Virus record (IMG/VR): IMGVR_UViG_3300047408_000023
Coordinates: 1-47,068 of that record
DNA length: 47,068 nt
Reading direction: 5' to 3' (one strand)
Source of the DNA: a virus
Within the stretch, counting starts at the first letter, position 1; the number at the start of each line of letters is the position of its first letter. The translations under genes were made by a program, and so were the position numbers. Shown here piece after piece: positions 9,415 to 17,130 of the stretch. The notes under the pieces were generated by a model, which saw only the letters and a list, made by a program, of their open reading frames with translations, did not search any database and had not been told where the DNA came from.

Positions 9415-10719
9415 CTATTGGTCAGGAAGACCAGCAAGTCTATTCATCATATCACTGATAGTTCCTGTAGGTCTGCCACTACTAGAAGTAGGTGCAGCAG
9501 TAGTTCCTGGAGTAGTAGTTCCTACCTTACGCTTTCTAGGAGTTAGTTTAAGCTGCTTCTGTGTTTCTGCTTCTACATCTCTAAGGAACTGATTGTGGTC
9601 GGCAGTCTTATCTGACCATATACTAGGTGAGTATGTGCTAGTTCCACCAGTTAGATTACCCTGTTTGTCCTTCTCACCAAATCCAGAGTATGTGTTATTT
9701 CTAGTAATTACAGCCTTAACTGCTGCTTTCCTAGCTTTGTCTAGGTCATCCTGTGTATGGAATTCCTCTAGAACTGGCTGTCCGCTAGTCTTACCTGCTC
9801 TTTCTTTAGCAGCTTCAGCAGCAGTTACAGCAGCACCAGCCCTAGTAACATCAGCACCAGCACTAGTAGTTGCAGCAGCAGCCTTGACAGTATTGGCAGC
9901 AGCATTAACACCAGCAGCCTGAGCTTCTAGCATCTTTGCCTTAGCATTACTGGTAGCAGCTTCAATTAGAGCAGGCTCACCAGTAGCCTTAGCAATATTA
10001 TACTGTGCAATAGCATCTTCCAATGCAGCCTTAGCTACAGCCTGTTTCCGCTTGATATCTAATTCAGCAGGTCTATCAGCAGTCTTAGCTTCAGTATCCT
10101 TAGCAGTAGCAGTATCCTTAGCAGCCCTAGCTTCTGCACCAGCAACCTTAGACGGATTGAGCATTGAATCATTAAACAACGCTCTACGAGCCGTAAGACT
10201 CTGACGCTCCTCTTGAGCAGATTCCTGTAGACCTTTAGCCTTAGCAGTAAAGTCAGACATAGCCTTGTCATAAGGCATATCTCTAATACCTTCAGCAGCA
10301 AGAACTCCCTTAGATGGATTCTTATATCCTTCTGCTCCACCTACTAATGCTGCTGCAAAACTACGCATCTTACCCGGCGCGTAATCTTGTCTACTAGGCA
10401 TAGTGTCTATATACTTCTTATATGCTTCCTGCGCCGGTCCAGATGTATCTGTCATCATCTTGAACCTACGCATGTATGCATCTTCAGGAGACTCTTGAGG
10501 CGCAGTAGGTTCAGGTGGTGGCGTAAAAGGTCTTATGGGTGGTGGCTGATTTGGCTCCACATTAGCAGGACCCTTATACAGATTAGCCATCCAATCCGTA
10601 TTGTTCTTACGCTTCAGTGTAGACTCTCCACCATATGATTCTGTATCATCTTGGTTGGGAGAGAATATGTCCGACATTCTGTAATACGACGGGTCGAAGC
10701 CGCCAAAGTCAAATGGCAT
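9415..10719 (-). CDS. Ala-rich coiled-coil virion protein (putative internal protein)
   Basis: 434-aa ORF with an A/K/E-rich helical middle; position is between internal-protein-like genes. Confidence 0.5.
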   Translation of the reverse strand: MPFDFGGFDPSYYRMSDIFSPNQDDTESYGGESTLKRKNNTDWMANLYKGPANVEPNQPPPIRPFTPPPEPTAPQESPEDAYMRRFKMMTDTSGPAQEAYKKYIDTMPSRQDYAPGKMRSFAAALVGGAEGYKNPSKGVLAAEGIRDMPYDKAMSDFTAKAKGLQESAQEERQSLTARRALFNDSMLNPSKVAGAEARAAKDTATAKDTEAKTADRPAELDIKRKQAVAKAALEDAIAQYNIAKATGEPALIEAATSNAKAKMLEAQAAGVNAAANTVKAAAATTSAGADVTRAGAAVTAAEAAKERAGKTSGQPVLEEFHTQDDLDKARKAAVKAVITRNNTYSGFGEKDKQGNLTGGTSTYSPSIWSDKTADHNQFLRDVEAETQKQLKLTPRKRKVGTTTPGTTAAPTSSSGRPTGTISDMMNRLAGLPDQ

Positions 10720-10722
10720 GAT

Positions 10723-12105
10723 TTAACCCCACAATCCAGCCATGCCGGAACTTCCCATGCCACCTATACTTTTAGTAGCTTTACCTATTCCACCTAGAGC
10801 GCCAATTCCTGTCATTGCACCAGCAGCCGAACCTACTAGGCCACCGATAGTAGATGCCCAATCTCTCTGTGGATTGTTAGCCATTCTAGCTTGCGATACA
10901 TCCACAGTCTGACCAGTATTCTGGCCCATCATCTGACGCTGTGCAGTATCGTAGTATCCAACTTCAGCAGGACTAGATGTATAGAGATTACCAAGTCCGC
11001 CAAGACCTGCAAGTCTATTATCTGTCTGGAAGTTTGCAAGCCACTTCTCATTAGCTGCATTGTTAGCTGCATTAGCAGAGGCAGCAGATGCAGCGGCTCT
11101 CTGAGCAGCAGCTTCTTTATCTGCAATTCCCTCAAGACCTTGTGTGCCAAACATCTTTCCACGCTGCACAAGTTCTTGACCACCAATATCAGCACCACTA
11201 AGACCAGTAGCTGCACTAGTTCTATTCTGTGCAATGGAGTTGAGCATATTAGCTTCCATGCTCCCTGCACCCTGTAGACCTGCGAGTTTATTAGAACTCA
11301 TCAAGCCTTGTATATTCTGCTCATTACTAGATACGCCCTGAGCACCGGCTAATCTACCTGACCTAATAGAATCCTGCAAGCTAGCTTCTGCGTCTGTAGC
11401 AGCACGATTAGTATCGTAAGCAGAACTACGCGCCATCTGTGCAATGGCGGCAGGATTATAGTTTCCGGTAATCCCAGACATACGATTAGCAGTATCCATC
11501 GCAGTCTGATACTGTGCAGGGATACCTGCCGTAGCTCTCTGGCGATATGCAGTTTGCTGTGCATCATCGTATCCGCCAGTCTTAGCAAACTCATCATAGA
11601 CGCCATTACCGCGCATTCTAGCTATAGCTTCGTCAGTCAGGCCACCAGTCTTACCTATATCCTTAAGACCAGCGATGTTAGAATCCATCGAAGCTATTCT
11701 AGATGGGTCCCATCCACCGCTACTAGCAAGACCATGCAACTGACTCATTGCATAGTTATTCTCTGCTAGGTTAACGCCACCGCCACCCATGAAATTCTTA
11801 TAGGCGGCTGAGACATCTCCATATCCACCGGCCCCATAATTAGGTGCTGCTGCTCCACCGCCACCACCACCGCCACCAGTGCCACCACCTCTAAGAGAAG
11901 CAAGTAATTCTGGGCTTACGCCACCATTCTTAGCAATATCTGAATAGCCACCATACATGGTGCTATACATATCATTAGCATTAGAGCGAGCGGTCGCACG
12001 TTCAGGTGCAGTCCTAGATAAATAATCCGTAGTATAGTTTGCTTGCTGACCCTGAGCTTGATTCAGCATAGCATTGGTTTTATTTTTCTCAGTCCCCTTT
12101 GCCAT
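10723..12105 (-). CDS. Gly/Ala/Asn-rich virion protein (putative internal protein)
   Basis: 460-aa ORF with a poly-Gly tract GGGTGGGGGGGG and a G-rich C-terminus. Confidence 0.5.
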   Translation of the reverse strand: MAKGTEKNKTNAMLNQAQGQQANYTTDYLSRTAPERATARSNANDMYSTMYGGYSDIAKNGGVSPELLASLRGGGTGGGGGGGGAAAPNYGAGGYGDVSAAYKNFMGGGGVNLAENNYAMSQLHGLASSGGWDPSRIASMDSNIAGLKDIGKTGGLTDEAIARMRGNGVYDEFAKTGGYDDAQQTAYRQRATAGIPAQYQTAMDTANRMSGITGNYNPAAIAQMARSSAYDTNRAATDAEASLQDSIRSGRLAGAQGVSSNEQNIQGLMSSNKLAGLQGAGSMEANMLNSIAQNRTSAATGLSGADIGGQELVQRGKMFGTQGLEGIADKEAAAQRAAASAASANAANNAANEKWLANFQTDNRLAGLGGLGNLYTSSPAEVGYYDTAQRQMMGQNTGQTVDVSQARMANNPQRDWASTIGGLVGSAAGAMTGIGALGGIGKATKSIGGMGSSGMAGLWG

Positions 12106-12114
12106 GATTAACTC

Positions 12115-12516
12115 CTACGTCCGTATTCTGGACCTGAAATTTCCAAATCCAGTAGGAGGACCGCTAGGAGCGTTAGGATTCTGAGGCAAAGCCATAGGAG
12201 GACGCATCATAGGCTGGTCAGGCATAGGTCTACGAATAGCAGTAGGAGCCTCAGCAGGATTCTGACCTGTCTGAGCAAGTCTCTGAGCCATGAAGTTGTT
12301 ACCACCGGGCGGCTGCATAGTAGTCGGACCCGGAGGCTGTAGAGCATTTATAGTAGGAGCACCACCCATTCCCGGTATGGTTCTCTGTGCATTCTGCAAA
12401 GCCTGCATAGGATTCATACTAGGCTGAGGTAGACCACTCTGTTGCATAGCCTGTAAAGGATGCTGCATTGACTTTATAGGATGTTGCAGTAAATTTGCTC
12501 CTGGAATTTTAGCCAT
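12115..12516 (-). CDS. Pro/Met/Gln-rich small protein
   Basis: 133-aa low-complexity ORF; 8-nt overlap with the upstream gene. Confidence 0.5.
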   Translation of the reverse strand: MAKIPGANLLQHPIKSMQHPLQAMQQSGLPQPSMNPMQALQNAQRTIPGMGGAPTINALQPPGPTTMQPPGGNNFMAQRLAQTGQNPAEAPTAIRRPMPDQPMMRPPMALPQNPNAPSGPPTGFGNFRSRIRT

Positions 12517-12892
12517 TTGTCTTTACCATCAAACACTGACCCACCGTATCGTTATAACCAAAATGCTTCTTGAGGATTTTAGCGAAGTTTTCGTCCCTCA
12601 CAAAAGCATGAGCCTGCTCTATATTCTTATTTGAGCAGCCTATTTGTTGTGCTTCTAGTAGTAACGTGATTGTTTCTATCTTGTCTCTAATGCTTTGCGA
12701 ATGGTCTATTACAAAGAGTCCTTCGGCAAAGAGTTTAACAATCCCGAATCCTCTAATTCCTTCTCCACTATCAACGACACCGGAGATGACGGTGTTGCTA
12801 GTATTCGGGAGGCCAAACTGCTCTGAATAATGTTGTCTCCAAATCCTGTCAATTTCTGCAAGGTCTGCATTCCTATTGTAGCGGAACTCCAT
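12509..12892 (-). CDS. GNAT-like acetyltransferase (tentative)
   Basis: 127-aa ORF. ATG is preceded by AAGGTG. The C-terminal ..AHAFVRDENFAKILKKHFGY.. resembles the GNAT motif A/B region. The first 184 nt overlap the upstream ORF. Confidence 0.35.
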   Translation of the reverse strand: MEFRYNRNADLAEIDRIWRQHYSEQFGLPNTSNTVISGVVDSGEGIRGFGIVKLFAEGLFVIDHSQSIRDKIETITLLLEAQQIGCSNKNIEQAHAFVRDENFAKILKKHFGYNDTVGQCLMVKTNG

Positions 12893-14160
12893 GTATACAC
12901 CTTTCTAGTAGTATAGTTATAGCAGACCACCATTCCGTCTAGCTTGTCTATGAGATGATAGTTCTCTTGGAATCTCTGTTCAGCTACAAGAATATAGTCC
13001 TTCTTCACCATGTCATACTGGAATATATTCTTACACTCTATTGATATTCCACTACCATTCAGTAGCTTCTCAGCACGCTGACATTTATCAATAGAAACTT
13101 CCACGCCGGACAGTGAATAGGTAGGGAATCTACGGCGCAGGATTTGAAGTAGCCTGCCATTCCCACATCCCAAATCTACTAGTGAACGCTTCTCAGATGG
13201 GTTCATGAACTGTTCAATTTCTTTCATGAGCCAAGCATGAGCCTCACGCTCATCCTTCTCTGATTGAAATCCATTATCATCAGGTGGAAATTCAAGTGAT
13301 TTGTGGAAACTTACAGTCTCAGTCAGCTTCACTCTCTGCTCATTAGCAAATGGAAATGCTAGACCTGAACCTGAGTGAACTGGTATGAAAGCACCAGGCT
13401 TCTGGAACTTGTATTCAAATGGAGTAGCATCAGTCTTAGTAACTATCTTGAAGATTGGTGTTCTAATCTCAGCATAGCCATGAAGTGCTGACCATTCCAT
13501 TGGCATATCACAGAGTTTGTGAATAGTCTGTGAAATCTTAGCCATTCCATGCTGAAGCATCAGTGCTTGTATTCTCTGTGCCATCTCTCGTGTAGCATCA
13601 CAGTAGAATCCACATGGAAGATGAAATACTGGTCTAACCCCTAGACATCTCAGCATGACATTGCATAGAGGATGGAACTCTCCCTTAGAATTCTCATACT
13701 GAGGCCATGTCAGGTCGAAATAGTGCTGCTGATTCCACCAATAATCGAAATTACTCACACAGCACACAGGATATCCGAGTCGGGACTCAGCCTGATGCTG
13801 ATTATCCTCGAAATACTCAGGTTCTCTATGTATTGCTACACGATATTGGAATTTATTGGTAATTTCTGCTACATGCCTAGATGAATACATGCCAGTATCA
13901 GCCATCTTACCAAGCATGGTCATGTATAGCTTGCTATCTATCACTCTCCTAGAGAATTCTAGAATATTGTTTGGTGGTATAGATAATATTGCAGCTTCTC
14001 TCAGACCATCAGCAACAGATAGGAACTCTACTTCCTGCCAAGACACACTAATCTGATTTATGAGTGGTTCCCAATAATCTCTTGCAGCCTTAGACACCCA
14101 GATTGTGCTAGTTGTATCTGGGATATTCTGCGTAGCATCAGGCAATCTAGTTAGCGGCAT
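12709..14160 (-). CDS. Cys-rich N-terminal domain fused to a class-I SAM-dependent methyltransferase
   Basis: MTase motif I LVDLGCGNGRLLQIL, then GVEVS and DYILVAE. The N-terminal ~300 aa carry YPVCCVSNF and CNVMLRC...LPCGFYC. 14-nt overlap with the rSAM gene. Confidence 0.6.
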   Translation of the reverse strand: MPLTRLPDATQNIPDTTSTIWVSKAARDYWEPLINQISVSWQEVEFLSVADGLREAAILSIPPNNILEFSRRVIDSKLYMTMLGKMADTGMYSSRHVAEITNKFQYRVAIHREPEYFEDNQHQAESRLGYPVCCVSNFDYWWNQQHYFDLTWPQYENSKGEFHPLCNVMLRCLGVRPVFHLPCGFYCDATREMAQRIQALMLQHGMAKISQTIHKLCDMPMEWSALHGYAEIRTPIFKIVTKTDATPFEYKFQKPGAFIPVHSGSGLAFPFANEQRVKLTETVSFHKSLEFPPDDNGFQSEKDEREAHAWLMKEIEQFMNPSEKRSLVDLGCGNGRLLQILRRRFPTYSLSGVEVSIDKCQRAEKLLNGSGISIECKNIFQYDMVKKDYILVAEQRFQENYHLIDKLDGMVVCYNYTTRKVYTWSSATIGMQTLQKLTGFGDNIIQSSLASRILATPSSPVSLIVEKELEDSGLLNSLPKDSL

Positions 14161-15268
14161 TTCTAACCTCTACTTGTATGCTCTTGAAATCATAATGGTC
14201 TAGATGTGGAGTATCATTATGCTGATTCGTTGCTAATGCACGAGGATTGTATCCTATCTTATCCTCATAATACTTGAACAGACGCATCAGTAGTCCACAG
14301 TGTCGAGTTTTATTTCTCCAGTCGTCAGATTCTCCTGGACATTCACCTCGACAAACTGGGAAATACCTACAATCCTGACAGCCCCCGTATTCTTGGGGTG
14401 TATTGATAAGTGCATGGTGGCGTTCATTCCAGTCGGTGTCAGACTTAAGCCAATTGATACCGTCTTTATTTGTCCGGCCACAGTTTGAAAGGGTTCCATC
14501 GGGATTGATTCCATGGACCGCCTCAGTTCTGAGCGGATTGCATCCACCCCAAATACAAGTAGGCGAGAAATCTTCACCCTTCATCATACGTGGAATGTCA
14601 GAGAAGATATCTATGTTAATCTTATGGTCTAGTTCGGCAAGCTCTGTGATTGCCTTGAATGATTCATTCTCAGATAGAGCCACACGCTCTACAAGTTTAT
14701 GGTCTACTTCTAATAGATGCAATCTAGCACTTGTCAATCCCATGCCAGACAACATTACAAACCATTTCTTGAGAGTCTCTAGCTTCTCACCAACTGCATT
14801 CTTTTTGTGAAGTGTAACAATCAGAGATACACTCAACTTCCCGGCGCGGAGCATATTAGTCATATTAGTATGACTTCTCTCCGTCATTGTCCGTGTCTTA
14901 GTTAATGAGCCAGCCCACCGTAAATCATTTAATTCTTCCGGGCCGTCCATTGAGAATCCGACATGGACATTATACTTCTCGAATAACTCTATGTGCTTAG
15001 GAGTTATCAGACTACCGTTGGTCTGTATCCCATTCTGCTTGTATTTCTCGAAACCGTATTTGAACAGTTTCTCAAGAATATCAATTGGAGTAACTAGAGC
15101 CTCGCCACCGAATATAGTAAACGATTGGTTAGCATTATCCAATGCCTCAATCATCTTATCTACATTCATAATTGTAGCGAAGTTGCCAGCATCTCTCATA
15201 GGATTCTGATAGCAATAGCTACAGGATAGATTGCACTTGATTCCGCTAGGTAGAATTTCAACAGACAT
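14147..15268 (-). CDS. radical SAM enzyme with C-terminal SPASM-type auxiliary Fe-S domain
   Basis: CNLSCSYC (Cx3Cx2C) at residues 12-19. GGE motif FGGEAL. C-terminal Cys clusters CIWGGC...NCG...GGCQDCRYFPVCRGECPGE. Confidence 0.85.
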   Translation of the reverse strand: MSVEILPSGIKCNLSCSYCYQNPMRDAGNFATIMNVDKMIEALDNANQSFTIFGGEALVTPIDILEKLFKYGFEKYKQNGIQTNGSLITPKHIELFEKYNVHVGFSMDGPEELNDLRWAGSLTKTRTMTERSHTNMTNMLRAGKLSVSLIVTLHKKNAVGEKLETLKKWFVMLSGMGLTSARLHLLEVDHKLVERVALSENESFKAITELAELDHKINIDIFSDIPRMMKGEDFSPTCIWGGCNPLRTEAVHGINPDGTLSNCGRTNKDGINWLKSDTDWNERHHALINTPQEYGGCQDCRYFPVCRGECPGESDDWRNKTRHCGLLMRLFKYYEDKIGYNPRALATNQHNDTPHLDHYDFKSIQVEVRNAAN

Positions 15269-16188
15269 TAGGGACCTACATAGGTCGGGAAGTCGATGTG
15301 TGCAATATCATTATGCCCATCATCGTGAGCTACATCTAGATGTGCAGAATCACCATGAGCAGAATCTGTGTGAGCTACATCAGAATGTGAATCACTATGA
15401 GCAGTATCAATGTGAGCTTTATCCTGATGTGCTACGTCTGAGTGTGCATCAGTATGTGCTCTGTCACCATGCCCTACGTTTTCAAACGGTGTATCTCCAT
15501 GTGCTGTATCAACATGCGCTGAGTCACTATGTGGAGTAACATCATTATGCGCTCTATCACTATGCGGAGGAGGTGGTAAAGTTCCAGTATCCCAATGACC
15601 TAAAGAATCACTATGGTCTGTATGAACTCCAGGTGCATTATCTATATGTGGAACATCATAAAATGGTGTATCACCATGAGAATCACCGTGGTCAACTTGG
15701 TCTGTATGGTCACGATGCGGATAATCAATGTGAGTCACATCTGTATGCGTATCAGTATGACTATCTCCATGTGCAGTATCCGCGTGCGCTCCATCTACGT
15801 GCGAGTCAGTATGGGTATCATTATGTGCTAGGTCTGTATGAGCAGAATCAGAATGAATTGTATCTGAATGCCCATCAGCATGGGTAGTATCAGAATGTCC
15901 CTCTACCTCTACTCCGGCAGTTGCTTCTATCCAGTGAATCCTAGATATGACAGCCCACAAACTACCAACTATAGCACCTGACGGAGTTTTTATAACTACA
16001 TAGGGAATTATCCTATTAGTTCCAAATGCATCTATGTAATGAACATATTGATTTTCAACCCATAGACTACCAGGTATAGCTCCAGCCGGAGTATTTACTG
16101 GGTCGCCTACATAGTAGTATTCTTCATTGGCTTGGTCTACAAAATGCAAGCCAGTTCCATCTACCCAGATTGATGGTAGCTTAGCCAC
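15268..16188 (-). CDS. fibre-like protein: three N-terminal SxW...H(F/Y/W)(V/I)(D/E) repeats plus a C-terminal His-Xaa-Asp repeat domain
   Basis: GTG start immediately after, and in frame with, the stop of 16189..16650. About 39 HxD triplets in residues 98-306. The stop overlaps the rSAM start (TAATG). Confidence 0.7.
   Translation of the reverse strand: MAKLPSIWVDGTGLHFVDQANEEYYYVGDPVNTPAGAIPGSLWVENQYVHYIDAFGTNRIIPYVVIKTPSGAIVGSLWAVISRIHWIEATAGVEVEGHSDTTHADGHSDTIHSDSAHTDLAHNDTHTDSHVDGAHADTAHGDSHTDTHTDVTHIDYPHRDHTDQVDHGDSHGDTPFYDVPHIDNAPGVHTDHSDSLGHWDTGTLPPPPHSDRAHNDVTPHSDSAHVDTAHGDTPFENVGHGDRAHTDAHSDVAHQDKAHIDTAHSDSHSDVAHTDSAHGDSAHLDVAHDDGHNDIAHIDFPTYVGP
15271..15897 (-). repeat. coding tandem repeat: ~39 HxD units with mostly 4-5 residue period
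   Basis: HSDTTHADGHSDTIHSDSAHTDLAHNDTHTDSHVDGAHADTAHGDSHTDTHTDVTHID...AHTDSAHGDSAHLDVAHDDGHNDIAHID. Confidence 0.9.
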
Positions 16189-16650
16189 TTATGTAGCCCA
16201 CTTATTTGCGCCTACGGGAATGACTAGAGCATTTCTAACATAGATTACATTGGGTCGGACTGCTGCACTTCCTATGTTTCTGGTCCCATCTGTATCAAAT
16301 GTTATATGACCAGACACTTGGAGACTTGAGATACCAGTGATAGTTCCACCAGTAATAGCAACAGCTACAGCATTCTGGGTAGCCATAGTGCCTAGCCCAA
16401 GACCTGCTATAGCTCCAGAAACAGAGGAAGCTCCAGTTCCACCACCAGCAACAGATATTATTTTATCAACCCAAGCAGTGCCATTCCATTCCTGGAATTT
16501 ATTATTAGCCCTATCATATCTGATAGAGCCAACAGGTTGATTAGATGGCACATTTAGGAACAGAGTTGCACCATCAACATCCTTGAAGTTTAGGCTATCA
16601 AGGACATCTGTATACAAATCTGTTATTGTTGGTTTTCCCCAATCTGCCAT
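16189..16650 (-). CDS. tail fibre N-terminal-type protein
   Basis: 153 aa. GGTGA..GLGLGTMATQNA..ITGGTITG motif is typical of phage fibre proteins. Lies in the fibre gene block. Confidence 0.6.
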   Translation of the reverse strand: MADWGKPTITDLYTDVLDSLNFKDVDGATLFLNVPSNQPVGSIRYDRANNKFQEWNGTAWVDKIISVAGGGTGASSVSGAIAGLGLGTMATQNAVAVAITGGTITGISSLQVSGHITFDTDGTRNIGSAAVRPNVIYVRNALVIPVGANKWAT

Positions 16651-16651
16651 T

Positions 16652-16849
16652 TTACTTCTCTACTTCTCTTGGGAACTCTCTCTGAGCTTTTAGTTCAGTT
16701 AGTTCAGTCTGGAGTTTATCAGCTTCAGCAGCTTTTGCATTATAGGCAGCAGTCATTTCATTTATAGCATTATCCTGCCTATTGAGAATTATAGTCTGCC
16801 GAGCAATCACTCCAAGAAGTTCGTCTAGATTAGTTTCCATTGCAGGCAT
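16652..16849 (-). CDS. small coiled-coil protein
   Basis: 65-aa ORF with heptad-like sequence, between fibre genes. Confidence 0.5.
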   Translation of the reverse strand: MPAMETNLDELLGVIARQTIILNRQDNAINEMTAAYNAKAAEADKLQTELTELKAQREFPREVEK

Positions 16850-16856
16850 TTGTCAC

Positions 16857-17129
16857 CTATTTGAGTAGAATATCAAACACGTCGTCAACAGCCTTACGGA
16901 GTTGTGAATCAGGAGAATCATCATTTAGATTCTGGTCATGCGCCATAGCCAATAGTGCCATTCTCTCGCTATGAAATTCTGCATTAGTCAGATATTCCCT
17001 AGCCTTGATACACTTTGGGTCTTCAGAATTCTTGGCAGCCTCTGAAAGAAATACATCCTCAGCAGCTACCATGAGTAGTCTCTTGATTACATTTGCATTC
17101 AGCTTTTCGATTACTCCACGATAGCTCAT
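16857..17129 (-). CDS. hypothetical protein (possible fibre assembly factor)
   Basis: Track ORF 16857..17150. The internal ATG at 17129 has GGGAG upstream and avoids overlap with the upstream gene. Confidence 0.5.
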   Translation of the reverse strand: MSYRGVIEKLNANVIKRLLMVAAEDVFLSEAAKNSEDPKCIKAREYLTNAEFHSERMALLAMAHDQNLNDDSPDSQLRKAVDDVFDILLK

Positions 17130-17130
17130 A

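Noticed and set aside
6179-9592. Several plus-strand ORFs (6179..6667, 7337..7990, 8450..8701, 8969..9229, 9338..9592) inside the 1310-aa gene.
   Set aside because: They are low-complexity antisense frames of a Pro/Gly/Ala-rich gene with no starts or RBS. The long minus-strand ORF explains the region.
10059-11606. Alternative-frame ORFs on both strands (10059..10340, 10387..10638, 10891..11277, 10929..11270, 11349..11606) within the Ala/Gly-rich genes.
   Set aside because: They are Leu/Arg/Cys-rich nonsense frames typical of low-complexity GC-skewed coding DNA. All are nested in the longer, operon-consistent ORFs.
15231-15887. Three plus-strand ORFs (15231..15539, 15573..15887, 15613..15831) encoding His/Tyr/Val-rich peptides.
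   Set aside because: They are mirror frames of the HxD repeat region. The repeat codons (CAT/CAC/GAT/GAC) keep the opposite strand open. They have no operon context, and the minus-strand ORF is coupled to both neighbours.
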